Shown: positions 32,416 to 42,420 of the stretch, in pieces
Position numbering within the stretch: position 1 is the stretch's first letter
How the letters are laid out: the number at the start of each line of letters is the position of its first letter
From: an uncultured Gemmatimonadales bacterium
Lineage (GTDB): Bacteria > Gemmatimonadota > Gemmatimonadetes > Gemmatimonadales > GWC2-71-9
DNA: 64,000 bases
NCBI GenBank assembly: GCA_963821525.1
Contig: CAWGED010000007.1
Location: 31,134-95,133 of the forward strand
Direction of reading: 5' to 3'
Position numbers and translations under genes: made by a program
The notes under the pieces: model-generated
What the model was told of the DNA's origin: nothing
Databases searched by the model: none
What the model saw: only the letters and a program-made list of their open reading frames with translations

Positions 32416-33057
32416 TCAGTTTCCTAGTCGTTCCAACTGCCTGTCGTGAATCCTCGACAGCAACACCAGCGACAAACACGCCCCGATCATCGCCAGCATC
32501 ATGTCCCACTGGGTATCCCAGGGATCGCCCTGGGTGCCGAGGAAGGCGTCGGCAGCGGTGCCGGTGGCGGCGGCGGTCCACCACTCGATCAACTCGTAGA
32601 AGCTGGAAAGCGCCATACAGAAGCAGATCACCAGGAAGGTGAGCCACTTCCCGGGCCGGAGCGGAGAGGTACGGAGCAGGATCTCCCGGGCGACAATCGC
32701 GGGAATGAAGCCCTGCGCCAGATGTCCCAGCCGATCGTAATTGTTCCGCGTCCAACCCATCAGATCCCGCATCCAATAACCCGCTGGTACCTCGGCGTAG
32801 GTGTAGTGCCCTCCGACCGCCAGGATGCAGGCGTGAATCGCGAGCAGCGTATAGGCCAGGGGAGTGAGCGGGAAGCGATTCCTGGTAAGCAGGATGATAG
32901 GCAACCCGATCAGTATCGGTGCGACTTCGAGGAACCAGGTGAAGTGATCGTGGGGGTGAATGCCCGACCAGACGAGGACGGCAAGAACCGCGGTGAGCAG
33001 TGAGCGGTGAGCAGTTAGCGGGGACTGGGTTGACGAGTCCCGTTCACCCGTTGTCAC
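32416..33057 (-). CDS. DUF2238 (YjdF) membrane protein
   Basis: GGHYTYAEVP.G, RNNYDRLGH, FLGTQGD.WDTQWDM. Confidence 0.9.
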   Translation of the reverse strand: MTTGERDSSTQSPLTAHRSLLTAVLAVLVWSGIHPHDHFTWFLEVAPILIGLPIILLTRNRFPLTPLAYTLLAIHACILAVGGHYTYAEVPAGYWMRDLMGWTRNNYDRLGHLAQGFIPAIVAREILLRTSPLRPGKWLTFLVICFCMALSSFYELIEWWTAAATGTAADAFLGTQGDPWDTQWDMMLAMIGACLSLVLLSRIHDRQLERLGN

Positions 33058-33998
33058 TGCTCCTCGCCATCGGCGAAAGGCACCTCCACCACCATTCCAT
33101 CCCGCGCCACGACGGTTTCCTCAAAGATCATCCGCGCCTCGGCGAGCAACTCGGGAGCGTCTCGCGAGTAACGGGGACTGATGTGGGTCAGGACCAGGCG
33201 CCGGACTCCGGCGTCTCGCGCAATGGCGGCCGCCTCTTCCGCCGTGGAGTGGCCGGTTTCCTTGGCGCGCTCCAAATCCTCCTGGCTGAAGGTGGCCTCG
33301 TGCACCAGGAGATCGGCGTCCTTCGCAGCGCGACGTAACCCATCGGTTGGTCGAGTGTCACCCGAAATCACCACGGTGCGGCCCGGACGCGGCGAGCCGA
33401 CAAGGTCTTTGGGGCTGACGGTCTTTCCCTCGGGGGTGGTAACGGTCTCTCCCTTGTGCAGCCGTCCCCACAGGGGACCCTCGGGCACGCCGAGCTCCCG
33501 AGCACGCTCAGGGTGGAAGCGTCCCAGCCGCTGATGCTCGACCAGCGCGTAGCCCACGGTGTCGGCCCGATGATCGGTCGCGAAGGTCGTGATGTCGTAC
33601 TGATCCCGCTTGATCACGTCACCCACCTTCAGCTCCCTGATTTCGATGGGAAACTTGACCCGTTCGATGCCCACCTCGAGCGCGTGACGTAAGATGCGCT
33701 CCGCCCCCTTGGGTCCGTATAACACCAGCGGATCACGCCGTTCCTGGCCGCCGAAGATGTTGAGCAGGCCCATGGTGCGAAGCAGCCCGATCACTCCCAG
33801 GAGATGATCGGAGTGCCAGTGGGTGAAGAAGATGTCCCGGAAGGCAAAGCTCACTCCGTAGCGCATCATCTGGCGCTGGGTCCCTTCGCCGCAGTCGAAC
33901 AGCATCGTCTCGCCCTCGCGTTGGACCGCGATGGAGGCGACGTTGCGCTCGATGGTGGGGCAGGCGGCGCCGGTGCCCAGGAAGGTCAGGGAAAGCAT
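33054..33998 (-). CDS. rnz: Ribonuclease Z
   Basis: FLGTGA..P, FDCGEGTQRQ, THWHSDH, SGDTRP, HEATF, LTHISPRY. Confidence 0.95.
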   Translation of the reverse strand: MLSLTFLGTGAACPTIERNVASIAVQREGETMLFDCGEGTQRQMMRYGVSFAFRDIFFTHWHSDHLLGVIGLLRTMGLLNIFGGQERRDPLVLYGPKGAERILRHALEVGIERVKFPIEIRELKVGDVIKRDQYDITTFATDHRADTVGYALVEHQRLGRFHPERARELGVPEGPLWGRLHKGETVTTPEGKTVSPKDLVGSPRPGRTVVISGDTRPTDGLRRAAKDADLLVHEATFSQEDLERAKETGHSTAEEAAAIARDAGVRRLVLTHISPRYSRDAPELLAEARMIFEETVVARDGMVVEVPFADGEEQ

Positions 33999-34012
33999 GG
34001 GCGGGAAGATAC

Positions 34013-34203
34013 GGGAGACGGGAGAAAGGAGAAGGGAGACGGGAGGGTGAACGGTGAACGGTGAGAACAGGGACAGGCGGAATAGCAGTGTTAACGCGAC
34101 AAAGCCACCTCATCCCGAGAAGCGCAGCGACGAGGGATCTAGTGTCCCTTCCTTGGTGCCGGGGTTTGGATGCTAGATCCCTCGCTGTGCTCGGGATGAG
34201 GTG
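34013..34203. repeat. Heptamer arm (GGGAGAC/GTGAACG) followed by a REP-like palindromic doublet (34106-34203)
   Basis: CCTCATCCCGAG..GCG.AGCGACGAGGGATCTAG / CTAGATCCCTCGCT..GCTCGGGATGAGG. Confidence 0.85.
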
Positions 34204-34235
34204 CCCTTTTTTCCTTTCGCAGTACCTTACCTGCC

Positions 34236-35337
34236 ATGTCGACCCCACCTGCGGAACCCGAATCCAACGAAGTCGAACCGGCCATCGTCCCGCTTCCGGA
34301 TATCCGCACCCTGGCGCTGGTGGTGCTGGCGGGACTGGCGCTGGTGTATACCCTGCACGTGGCCAAGGCGTTCTTCCTGCCGGTCGTGCTGGCCGTGATG
34401 CTCGACTTTCTGTTGAGCCCGATCATCCGGTTCCTCGCAAAGCTGCACATCCCCGAGTCCATCGGTGCCCTGATCGTGATGGTCGTGCTGTTCGGGGGGA
34501 TTTCGCTCGCGATATGGCACCTCTCCGACCCGGTGCAGCAGTGGCTCACCAGAGCGCCCGCAGAGTCTGACCGACGTCCGGACCAAACTCCGCAAAGTCA
34601 CCAAGCCGGTGCAGGACGTCGGTAAGGCGGCGGAGCAGGTGGAGAATGCGACCCAGGCCGCCGCGGGAGGAGCCCAGCCGCAGCAGGTCATCCTTCGCGG
34701 TCCCAGCCTGTCACAGCGAGTCTTCGGCACCACGCAGGAGTTCGCCATCGGCTTCTTCGAGGTGATGGTGCTGCTCTACTTCCTGCTGGCGGCGGGCGAT
34801 CTGTTCCTGCAGAAACTGGTGCACGTGGTCCCCGAATTCACCGACAAGAAGAAGGCCGTCCGCATCGTGCGTGAGGCCGAATCTTCGGTGTCGGTCTACC
34901 TCGGCACCGTGACCCTGGTGAACATCTGCCTCGGCGCGGCGATCGCCGTGGCGATGGCGCTGGTGGGAATGCCGAACCCGCTTCTCTGGGGAGTCGGTGC
35001 CTGCCTGCTCGAATTCGTCCCGTATCTGGGCGCTGCCACGATGACGGCCATGCTCACCATTGCCGGACTCGTCACCTTCGATGACGTGGGTCGAGCCCTG
35101 CTGGTACCGGCAGTCTACATCGCGATCGACCTCGCTCAGGCCAATGTCATCTCACCCATCATCCTGGGCCGCCGCCTCACCCTGAACCCCGTCGCCATCT
35201 TCGTAGGACTGTTGTTCTGGACGATGGTGTGGGGCGTTGCCGGCGCATTCCTGGCCGTGCCGCTCCTCGCGACGCTCAAGATTTTCTGTGATCACATTGA
35301 GAGACTGAGGCCGGTGGGGGAGTTCCTTGGGAGGTAG
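34236..35337 (+). CDS. AI-2E family transporter (frameshift ~34560)
   Basis: FLPVVLA..L..LL.P, LYF.LA.GD, FVPYLGA, P.ILGRRL.LNP, WG..GAFLAVP. Confidence 0.9.
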
Positions 35338-35352
35338 GACAAGACAAAAGGC

Positions 35353-35556
35353 GGGAACAGGGAGACGGGAGAACGGGGAACGGGAACAGCTGGAGAGTGG
35401 GAGTACCTCATCCCGAGGAGCGAAGCGACGAGGGATCCAGCGTCCTTTCCTTAGCGTCAAGGTTTGGATGCTAGATCCCTCGCTGCGCTCGGGATGAGGT
35501 TCCTTGTCTACTCCATTGGTTCCCCGTCTCCCGTCTCCCGTCTCCCGTCTCCCGTC
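35353..35556. repeat. Heptamer arms enclosing a second REP-like doublet (35405-35500)
   Basis: GGGAACA/GGGAGAC arm, doublet very similar to 34106-34203 including its loop, (GTCTCCC)4-5 arm. Confidence 0.88.
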
Positions 35557-36401
35557 TACTGCTTCCCGAAGGTATCGCACGCCCGCGGATCGCTGTTCTG
35601 GAATCCCCGCTGGAACCACTGCTGGCGCTGGGCCGAGGAGCCGTGGGTGAAGGATTCCGGGCTCACATGGCCGGTCGACATCCGCTGTAGCCGATCGTCG
35701 CCGACACTGGCTGCGGCGCCCAGGGCTTCCTCGAAATCTCCCGCCTCCATGATGCCGCGTTGCTGAGCGGTGCCGGCCCAGACTCCGGCATAACAGTCGG
35801 CCTGCAGCTCCATGCGAACCGACAGGTCGTTCTGCAGGTCGGGACGCTGCTGCTGCATCTGGCGGACCTTCGCTTCCGTGCCGAGCAGCTTCTGAACGTG
35901 ATGCCCAATCTCGTGGGCGAGGACGTAGGCCTGCGCCGCGTCGCCCGGGGCGCCGAAGCGATCCTTGAGCTCCTGGTAGAAGCCCAGGTCGATGAACACT
36001 TTCTCGTCTCCAGGGCAGTAAAAGGGACCGGAGGCCGTTTCCGCGTAGCCGCAGGCCGACTGCACGGCATCGCGGAACAGCACCAGCTTGGCGTCATGAT
36101 AGTCGGTACCCAGTTGGGGAAGGATCTTCGCCCACTGGGCCTGTGCGTCATCCAGCACTTTCCCTACGAAGATCACCATCGGTTCTTCCTCGGGGTCGTT
36201 GACTGGAGCTGCCTGGTCGGCACCCGGTGCGTCACCTCCACCGCCACCCGCCAGGCTCAGAAAGTCACGCTTGAATACGATGCTAAGGATCACGAGGATC
36301 ACGACTCCGCCGAGTCCGAGGCGCATGCCTGGACCACCACCGCGGAACCCGCGCCGATCCTCGATGTTGGCGCTACGTTGATCAGGGCCGCCGAAACGCA
36401 T
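35556..36401 (-). CDS. Neutral zinc metallopeptidase, YpfJ family
   Basis: SACG...GPFYCP.D, AYVLAHEIGHHVQ, ELQADC, FTHGSS. Confidence 0.92.
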   Translation of the reverse strand: MRFGGPDQRSANIEDRRGFRGGGPGMRLGLGGVVILVILSIVFKRDFLSLAGGGGGDAPGADQAAPVNDPEEEPMVIFVGKVLDDAQAQWAKILPQLGTDYHDAKLVLFRDAVQSACGYAETASGPFYCPGDEKVFIDLGFYQELKDRFGAPGDAAQAYVLAHEIGHHVQKLLGTEAKVRQMQQQRPDLQNDLSVRMELQADCYAGVWAGTAQQRGIMEAGDFEEALGAAASVGDDRLQRMSTGHVSPESFTHGSSAQRQQWFQRGFQNSDPRACDTFGKQ

Positions 36402-36481
36402 GGGACCATCCTACCCGTGAACGGTGAACAGTGAACTGCGAACGGGCAAGGAATAGTGTGGCCGGCGTCAGAAAGGCGAAA

Positions 36482-36512
36482 GGGCCGCCGAGGTGACTTC
36501 CTCAGCGGCCCC
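36482..36512. terminator. Terminator-like hairpin
   Basis: GGGCCGCCGAGG...CCTCAGCGGCCC with a T tract on the minus strand. Confidence 0.55.
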
Positions 36513-36536
36513 GTTACCTGATTCCTGCTGTTCCGT

Positions 36537-37307
36537 CTACGCTGCCAGCCTCTCCAATCTGCTTCCTTCCATCTCTTTCCTCCCGCTCTTGCTCAGCGCC
36601 GCACGCAGCGAATAGATGTGGAGCACAACCGCGATCGGCACCGCGAAGGTCGGGATGAGATACAGCGGGAAGACGGTCATCGGTGTTGTGGGACCGGGCC
36701 GTAGACCGTCGAAAAGGAGAGGCACCAGAAAGCCGGTTCCCGTGCCCACCGCAACGATGAGATCCGACAGCCCAAGGATGTTGAATCCTATGGAGAGTCC
36801 ACGAGCACCGGGCGCATCACGCAGCAGCGCGTAGCCCACCAACAGGGCTGCAGTGCCGACGGCGACGTCACCCCAGCCGGCCGGGAGCGCGAAGTATCCA
36901 GGCAACGTCCCAACGGAATAGAGAATCACGAACAGGAGCCCGATCAGCCGGAAGAACTGGACGCCAACCAGCGTCGAGAGCGGGATCGCGTCTACCGTGC
37001 GGCGCCAGGCCGGGATCCTCAAGGCACCGAAACCCAGCAGGAGGCTACCACCGATGAACAGGGGGAACGAAATCGGAATGGGACGAGCCGCTGCTTCGGG
37101 CGACACTGGCCTCAAGGAGAGGACGAGTGCCAGGACGAACCAGGCCGCGAGGACGATCGTCGTGAGCCGAGTCACCCGCTGCCGGGTGGGCGCGTCGAGT
37201 CCGGCGACGCCAGCCGCCTTGGCCACGATGCGGCTCAACAAGTAGAGGAGCAATAGACCGCCGCCCAGCACGATCGGCGTCGCATACCACGGTGTTGAGG
37301 GTGACAT
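36537..37307 (-). CDS. Hypothetical multi-pass membrane protein
   Basis: Q..R.IG, G.LP..FA.PAGWGD, P...FP..LIP.F.VP; downstream of the MarR gene. Confidence 0.75.
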   Translation of the reverse strand: MSPSTPWYATPIVLGGGLLLLYLLSRIVAKAAGVAGLDAPTRQRVTRLTTIVLAAWFVLALVLSLRPVSPEAAARPIPISFPLFIGGSLLLGFGALRIPAWRRTVDAIPLSTLVGVQFFRLIGLLFVILYSVGTLPGYFALPAGWGDVAVGTAALLVGYALLRDAPGARGLSIGFNILGLSDLIVAVGTGTGFLVPLLFDGLRPGPTTPMTVFPLYLIPTFAVPIAVVLHIYSLRAALSKSGRKEMEGSRLERLAA

Positions 37308-37335
37308 AACAGCCTCCTGAAACAGCACGTGAGGA

Positions 37336-37791
37336 TCAGAGTGTTCCGGCGGATTGCCCCGCCGCGGCAATGGCACTGCTGAGCTGATCCCTCAGCGCAG
37401 GCCAACCATCGGTACCGAGTCCTTGCACCATGTGGCGGTGTACCTGGGCCCAAAGCGGTTCCGCCTCCTGCCACTTCCGCTCTCCCGAGGCGGTGAGCCC
37501 CACTCGGCGGATCCGCTGGTCCTGCTTGTCTCCTGCCTTGACCCGCACCAGACCATCCCGCTCCATGGGCCGGAGATTCCGGGTGAGCGTCGTCCGATCC
37601 ATTCCCATCAGGTCCGCGAGCACCGAGAGGGGCTGAGGGCCGAAGCGATGGAGCACGGTGAGGACGGAGAACTGACCGGGGAGGAGCCCAGAAGGAGCGA
37701 GCGCTCGCTCATAGGTCTGGGTCACCGCCCGGGCGGCTCGGCGCAGGTGGAAGCAGACGCAGGTGGTAGAGGGGGCGAATTGGGTGGACAC
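37336..37791 (-). CDS. MarR family transcriptional regulator
   Basis: C.CF.LRRAARAVT..Y, LA..MGMDRTTLTRNL, D.R...V.LT..G. Confidence 0.9.
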   Translation of the reverse strand: MSTQFAPSTTCVCFHLRRAARAVTQTYERALAPSGLLPGQFSVLTVLHRFGPQPLSVLADLMGMDRTTLTRNLRPMERDGLVRVKAGDKQDQRIRRVGLTASGERKWQEAEPLWAQVHRHMVQGLGTDGWPALRDQLSSAIAAAGQSAGTL

Positions 37792-37854
37792 GAGAGTCAG
37801 ACCGACAGGGCGGTCGGGACGAACGGGGCGGGTAGGGCGGACTGAATCGACATA

Positions 37855-37870
37855 AGGTGTATATACACGT
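37855..37870. promoter_or_regulatory. Palindromic operator, probable MarR autoregulatory site
   Basis: Perfect GTGTATATACAC at 37857-37868, upstream of the MarR gene. Confidence 0.65.
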
Positions 37871-38041
37871 ATTTGCGGAAACGCGCAAGCCGGCCCGTCC
37901 GGTTCGCCCCGTCCGACCTGCTCGCCGCGAAGCGATCGCATCGAAACATGACTGGCTGACCTACGGCGATGCACGTCGCACTGGGGCGGGCTTTCTCGCT
38001 AATCCGCTTCGTCCGAATGTCTTAGATGGCATGCGACAAGT

Positions 38042-38057
38042 TGGCGTGTCGATTGCC
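38042..38057 (+). promoter_or_regulatory. Putative sigma54 promoter
   Basis: TGGCGTGTCGATTGCC, close to the TGGCACG-N4-TTGC consensus. Confidence 0.55.
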
Positions 38058-38137
38058 CCCCCGCCGCGCCGACTCGGTGGAACGCGTCGAGTCAATTTCT
38101 GGAAATCATTTCACACCCTCCAATTCGAAGGTGCACC

Positions 38138-38608
38138 ATGCGAAACATCTCTCTCGCGTTGACCCGAGTGGCGCTGGCCGCGATCGTGGCCGGGCTCGGT
38201 GCCTGCGCCGACAACTCCTCGAATCCCTCGGGGCCCACTGATCCCACCCTCAAGTCCCCGCCACCGGCAGACATTTCGGTAGCGGCGGCGTCGATCCGGC
38301 TCCGCTGCGAGCGGCGTCCGAACCGTTCGAGGATTTCTGTGGATGCTTCCGGGTTGGTCCCCCAGGCAGGCAACTTCAGAGCTCGGGTCACCGCCTCGGG
38401 CGGAACCGTGACCTCCGCGGCGAAGAGGGCAGTAGCCGGTCAGGACGAGTTCGACTTCGACAGCAACCCGAATGACATCCGGGCTGGAGCGACCAGGATC
38501 GCGGCCAACTTCATCACGGCGCGCACGGGCCCTGATGTGGTGGCCAGGATTTTGAATGCGAGCGGTCAGGTGGTGGCGACGCAGGGGGCGAACTGCACGA
38601 TTCGGTGA
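38138..38608 (+). CDS. Hypothetical lipoprotein
   Basis: Lipobox LGAC. Confidence 0.7.
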   Translation: MRNISLALTRVALAAIVAGLGACADNSSNPSGPTDPTLKSPPPADISVAAASIRLRCERRPNRSRISVDASGLVPQAGNFRARVTASGGTVTSAAKRAVAGQDEFDFDSNPNDIRAGATRIAANFITARTGPDVVARILNASGQVVATQGANCTIR

Positions 38609-38610
38609 GG

Positions 38611-38830
38611 GGATGTAAGGATGTTTGGATGTAAGGATGTTTGGATGTGAGGATGTCCGCTGTCATCCGAGCGAAGCGACGAGGGATCTACTCTCCTTTA
38701 CCCTGTTCTTGGGACCGGCGAGTAGATCCCTCGCTGGCTCGGGATGAGGTGTGGTTTTCACTCCTGCCGCACCCTGCCATCGTATTGACCGTCCGCACCC
38801 TGATCCCTGACACCTAACCCCTGACACCTG
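38611..38830. repeat. Octamer array (GGATGTNN)6, REP-like doublet (38661-38749) and heptamer array (CCTGACA-like)
   Basis: Directly visible. Confidence 0.85.
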
Positions 38831-38876
38831 TTTCCGTTGACCCTTCCGGTCGCCCTCACTAGGTTCTCCCGGCCAA

Positions 38877-38949
38877 GGGGCTGTAGCTCAGCTGGGAGAG
38901 CGCTGCGTTCGCAATGCAGAGGTCAGGGGTTCGATCCCCCTCAGCTCCA
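38877..38949 (+). tRNA. tRNA-Ala(CGC)
   Basis: GGGGCTG/CAGCTCC acceptor stem, anticodon loop TTCGCAA, GGTTCGATCC T-arm; CCA not encoded. Confidence 0.95.
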
Positions 38950-38958
38950 CTGTTTCCC

Positions 38959-41900
38959 CTACGGCTCGATCACCAGCACCGGGCTGAGTTTGTTTCCGCC
39001 GGTTCCGGTGCCCAGTTGTCCATTCGCGTCCCGGCCCCAACCATAGGCTATGCCGGAGGGATCGAGGGCGAGGGTGTGCCGTCCTCCGGCGTTCACGCCC
39101 GCGAAGGTTCGGCTCCCCTGCACTGAGACGGGGGATTCCTGGTCCCTGGTCGAACCGTCGCCCAGCTCGCCGTCGTTGTTCTGTCCCCAGCAATACGCCG
39201 TTCCTGCCGTCACAATTCCGCAGGCATGCCGATCCCCCGCCTCGATCTGGACGAAGCTCAGGCCACCCGATACGGGAGTCGGAGACGACTCGTCCCTGGT
39301 GGAACCGTCTCCGAGCTGTCCCTGGTCGTTCCGGCCCCAGCAGGAGGCGCTGCCGCCAGTGCGGATGGCGCAGCTGAAGTCCTCGCCTGCGGTGACGGTG
39401 TTCCAGGTTCCTCCGCCGGCCACGGGAGTTGGGCTTGAATGATCGGTCGTCGTTCCGTCTCCCAGTTGCCCGTCTCCGTTATCACCCCAGCAGTAGACCG
39501 TGCCGCCAGTCGAGAGGCCACAGGTGTGCCCGGAACCCAGCGCCAGGCGCGCGAATTGAATCCCGCCCGCTACCGGTACCGGGGAGAACCGGTCGAAGTG
39601 GGTTCCATCACCCAACTGGCCCCGGTCGTTGCGGCCCCAGCAGTAGGCGGCACCGTTGGTCGTCACTCCGCAACTGTGTGACTCGCCGCCATCGATGCTG
39701 CTGAACTTGAGATTGCCATCCACCGGGTTGGGAGTGTGCCGATCCGACCTGGTCCCATCTCCCAGTTGGCCATCGGAGTTGTCGCCCCAACAGAACGCGT
39801 CACCGCTCGTGGCGATTCCGCAGGCGTGGCTGTCGCCCAAGCCGATGGCCACGAACTGGAATGCTCCCGCCACGGAGACCGGCGAAAACTGGTCCGAAAC
39901 GTTGCCATTCCCGATCTGACCCCGGTCGTTGCGGCCCCAGCAATACACTATCCCCGCGGTGCTGATGCCGCAGCTGAATTCCGACCCTGCGGCAATCGTC
40001 TCATAGGCGAAGCGGCCGGTTGCCGAGAAGATCACCGGCGAGCCTGACAGGCCCGGCGCCGTAGCGGTAAGGGTATTGGTCCCCTTGGCGGGGCCCAGCC
40101 TCCAGCCGCCGACAGTCGCGAACCCACTCGGGCCACTGACGGCGTTGGCACCGATTACGCTGCCTCTACCCGTCGCGACGGCGTACACAACCGTGAACCC
40201 CGCCACCGGATTACCGCTCGCATCGGTGACCGTTACCGAAGGCAACACCGCGAGAGTGGTACCCACCGGAGCCGACTGCCCGTTTCCGTCATGGAGCGCG
40301 ATGGCAGCGGCTGGCCCCGATTTGAGGTCGACCGGGGCGGACGCGACGTCCTGCAGACCTGTCGCGCTGAACAGGAGAATTCGTTGGCCGACCGATCCAG
40401 AAAGCGCCAGGTTGGTGAACGCTGCGACGCCACTGGCATTGGTGGTGGCCGTCGTGTTGCCGCTCAGACTCCCGCCACCCGAAGTAATCGAGACCGTTAT
40501 CGCCACGTTCGACCGACTGACTGGATTGCCCAGCCCGTCCTCCAATCGGACCACCGGTTGCGGGTTCAGAGGAACTCCGTTCGCGGCTGCGGCCTGTGGC
40601 TGAGTGACAATGGCGAGTTGGGCAGCGGTAGCCGGCACAATGCCAAATCCGGTGCTGGTAGCAGGGCGGAGCCCGCCCGAGGCGGTGGCCACCAGCGTGT
40701 ATGCGGTTCCCACGCGGTCAACGCTCAAGCCGCTGAAGGTGGCGACGCCGTCAATCGCGTCTACTGCGGTGGGCCCACTCAGGGTGCCACCCGCCGGATT
40801 GTTGCCGAGGGCGAGTCGGACGTTGGTTGACGAAGTCAGTACGGTGTTGCCATGGGCATCCTGGACCGCGACGGTGATCGCGGGGCTGATCGCTTGACCC
40901 GCCACGGCCGTCCCGGGTTGCTGGAGGAAGGCCAGCTGGTTCGGGTTACCGGGGGAGCCGACGCCCAGTGAAGCTGACGGGACTCCCTGCAAGTGGCCCG
41001 GAGGGCCCGGACGCCCGGGCTTCCACCGTTCCGGATCCTGCAACCGGACCGAGCGTCCACGAGGCAACCTGGGCGAGTCCCGCGGCGTCGGTACTGGTGG
41101 TGATACTCTTGCCGCGGTTGCTACCTCTCGCGACCTCACCGCCGCCAGAGACTACCGTGAAGGTGACGGTGATGCCGCTTACCGGGTTCCCGTTCGCATC
41201 CTGCACCTCGACCGAAGGGGCAGGGGTCACCGGCTGGCCGGCAGTTCCGTTGAGTTGAGTGGCGGTCGCGGCCGCGATCGTGGCGGGCTCAAGAGACTGG
41301 GCATGCGCAATAAACGAAATCGGCGCGAAGCCGGGCACCGCCGCGCGAAGGGTCTGCTGCCCGGCGGTTTGACCGAGACTCCAGCGGGTAAACGCTTCGC
41401 CGTTATCGTCGGTAGTGCTGGAGCCCGGGTTCACGCTGCCACCGGTACCGACCAGTACCCAGCTCAGGCTCCGCCCCGGCACTCCGTTTCCGAAGGCGTC
41501 CACCACTCGGATCACCAGGGAGTCGGTAAGATCACCGCCGACTGGAGCGCTCTGGTTATCACCGAAAACCTTCTCAACCGCGACCGCGGCATCGGGAAGT
41601 GCGGTCGCGGTGAAGTCGAGCGCTGAGCTGGGAAGTGTCGCAATCATTGCGTGGCTGGTCTGCACCCCTGCCTGATCACCCAGCTGCCAGCGAATCCCGG
41701 CTCGGCCGGCTGCGTCAGTCGACGTCGTGGCATCGCTCACGGTGCCGCCGTCTTCCGCGGTCCACGAAACGACCTGACTCTCGATCGGGTTGTTGTACTG
41801 ATCGACGACCCGAACCAGGAGAGAATCGTCCAGCGTGCCTCCGACCAGACCGGTTTGTCCGGCGCCGCTTATCAGGGACAGGGCGTGTGGCGGACCCGGC

Positions 41901-42325
41901 TGGGCCGTGGCGCTGAATGTGACCTCAACTGGTGACCGTCCCAGCGCGCGCGCCTTGACCTGTACCGCGCCGGCCCGAGTGCCCAGCACCCAGCGACTCC
42001 AGGCTCGGCCATCCGAGCCGGTCATGGCTGTATCCGGAATGAGGTCTTGGGCGGCGCTCGCGCCTACGGGGGCGAATTCGACCGGCTGATCCGTAACCGG
42101 ACGATCCTTCGAATCGGTTATCCGAACAACGAGCGAGTCGGACAACAGGCCGCCGGCCACACCGGTCTGTCCATCGCCGCTGATGATTTCGATGTGACTC
42201 GGCAGGCCTTCGGCGGGGACCGTGATATCGCCGCCGCAGCGGAGTGCGACGGCGAGCACAAAAAGAAGTAGGAATAGCCGGAAAGAGCGCGGGCGAGACA
42301 AGGCGGAGCACCCTCGGGTCAGCAA
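38959..42325 (-). CDS. Large surface lipoprotein with Ig-like (Big_1) repeats and a C-terminal RCC1 propeller (frameshift ~40965)
   Basis: Repeated SGDGQTG..G..L...LVVRV.D, W.LG..AG; seven RCC1 repeats. Confidence 0.85.
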
Positions 42326-42392
42326 AATTGCGGCATCCAGAGTCCCTTTTCCATTGTACGGGTTGGCTCAGAGTCGCGCTAGATTGGCCGAT

Positions 42393-42408
42393 AGGCACAC
42401 CGCTTGCC
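42393..42408 (+). promoter_or_regulatory. Putative sigma54 promoter
   Basis: AGGCACACCGCTTGCC ends 12 nt before the ATG of the HD-GYP gene. Confidence 0.55.
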
Positions 42409-42420
42409 CTTCAGTAGGGC

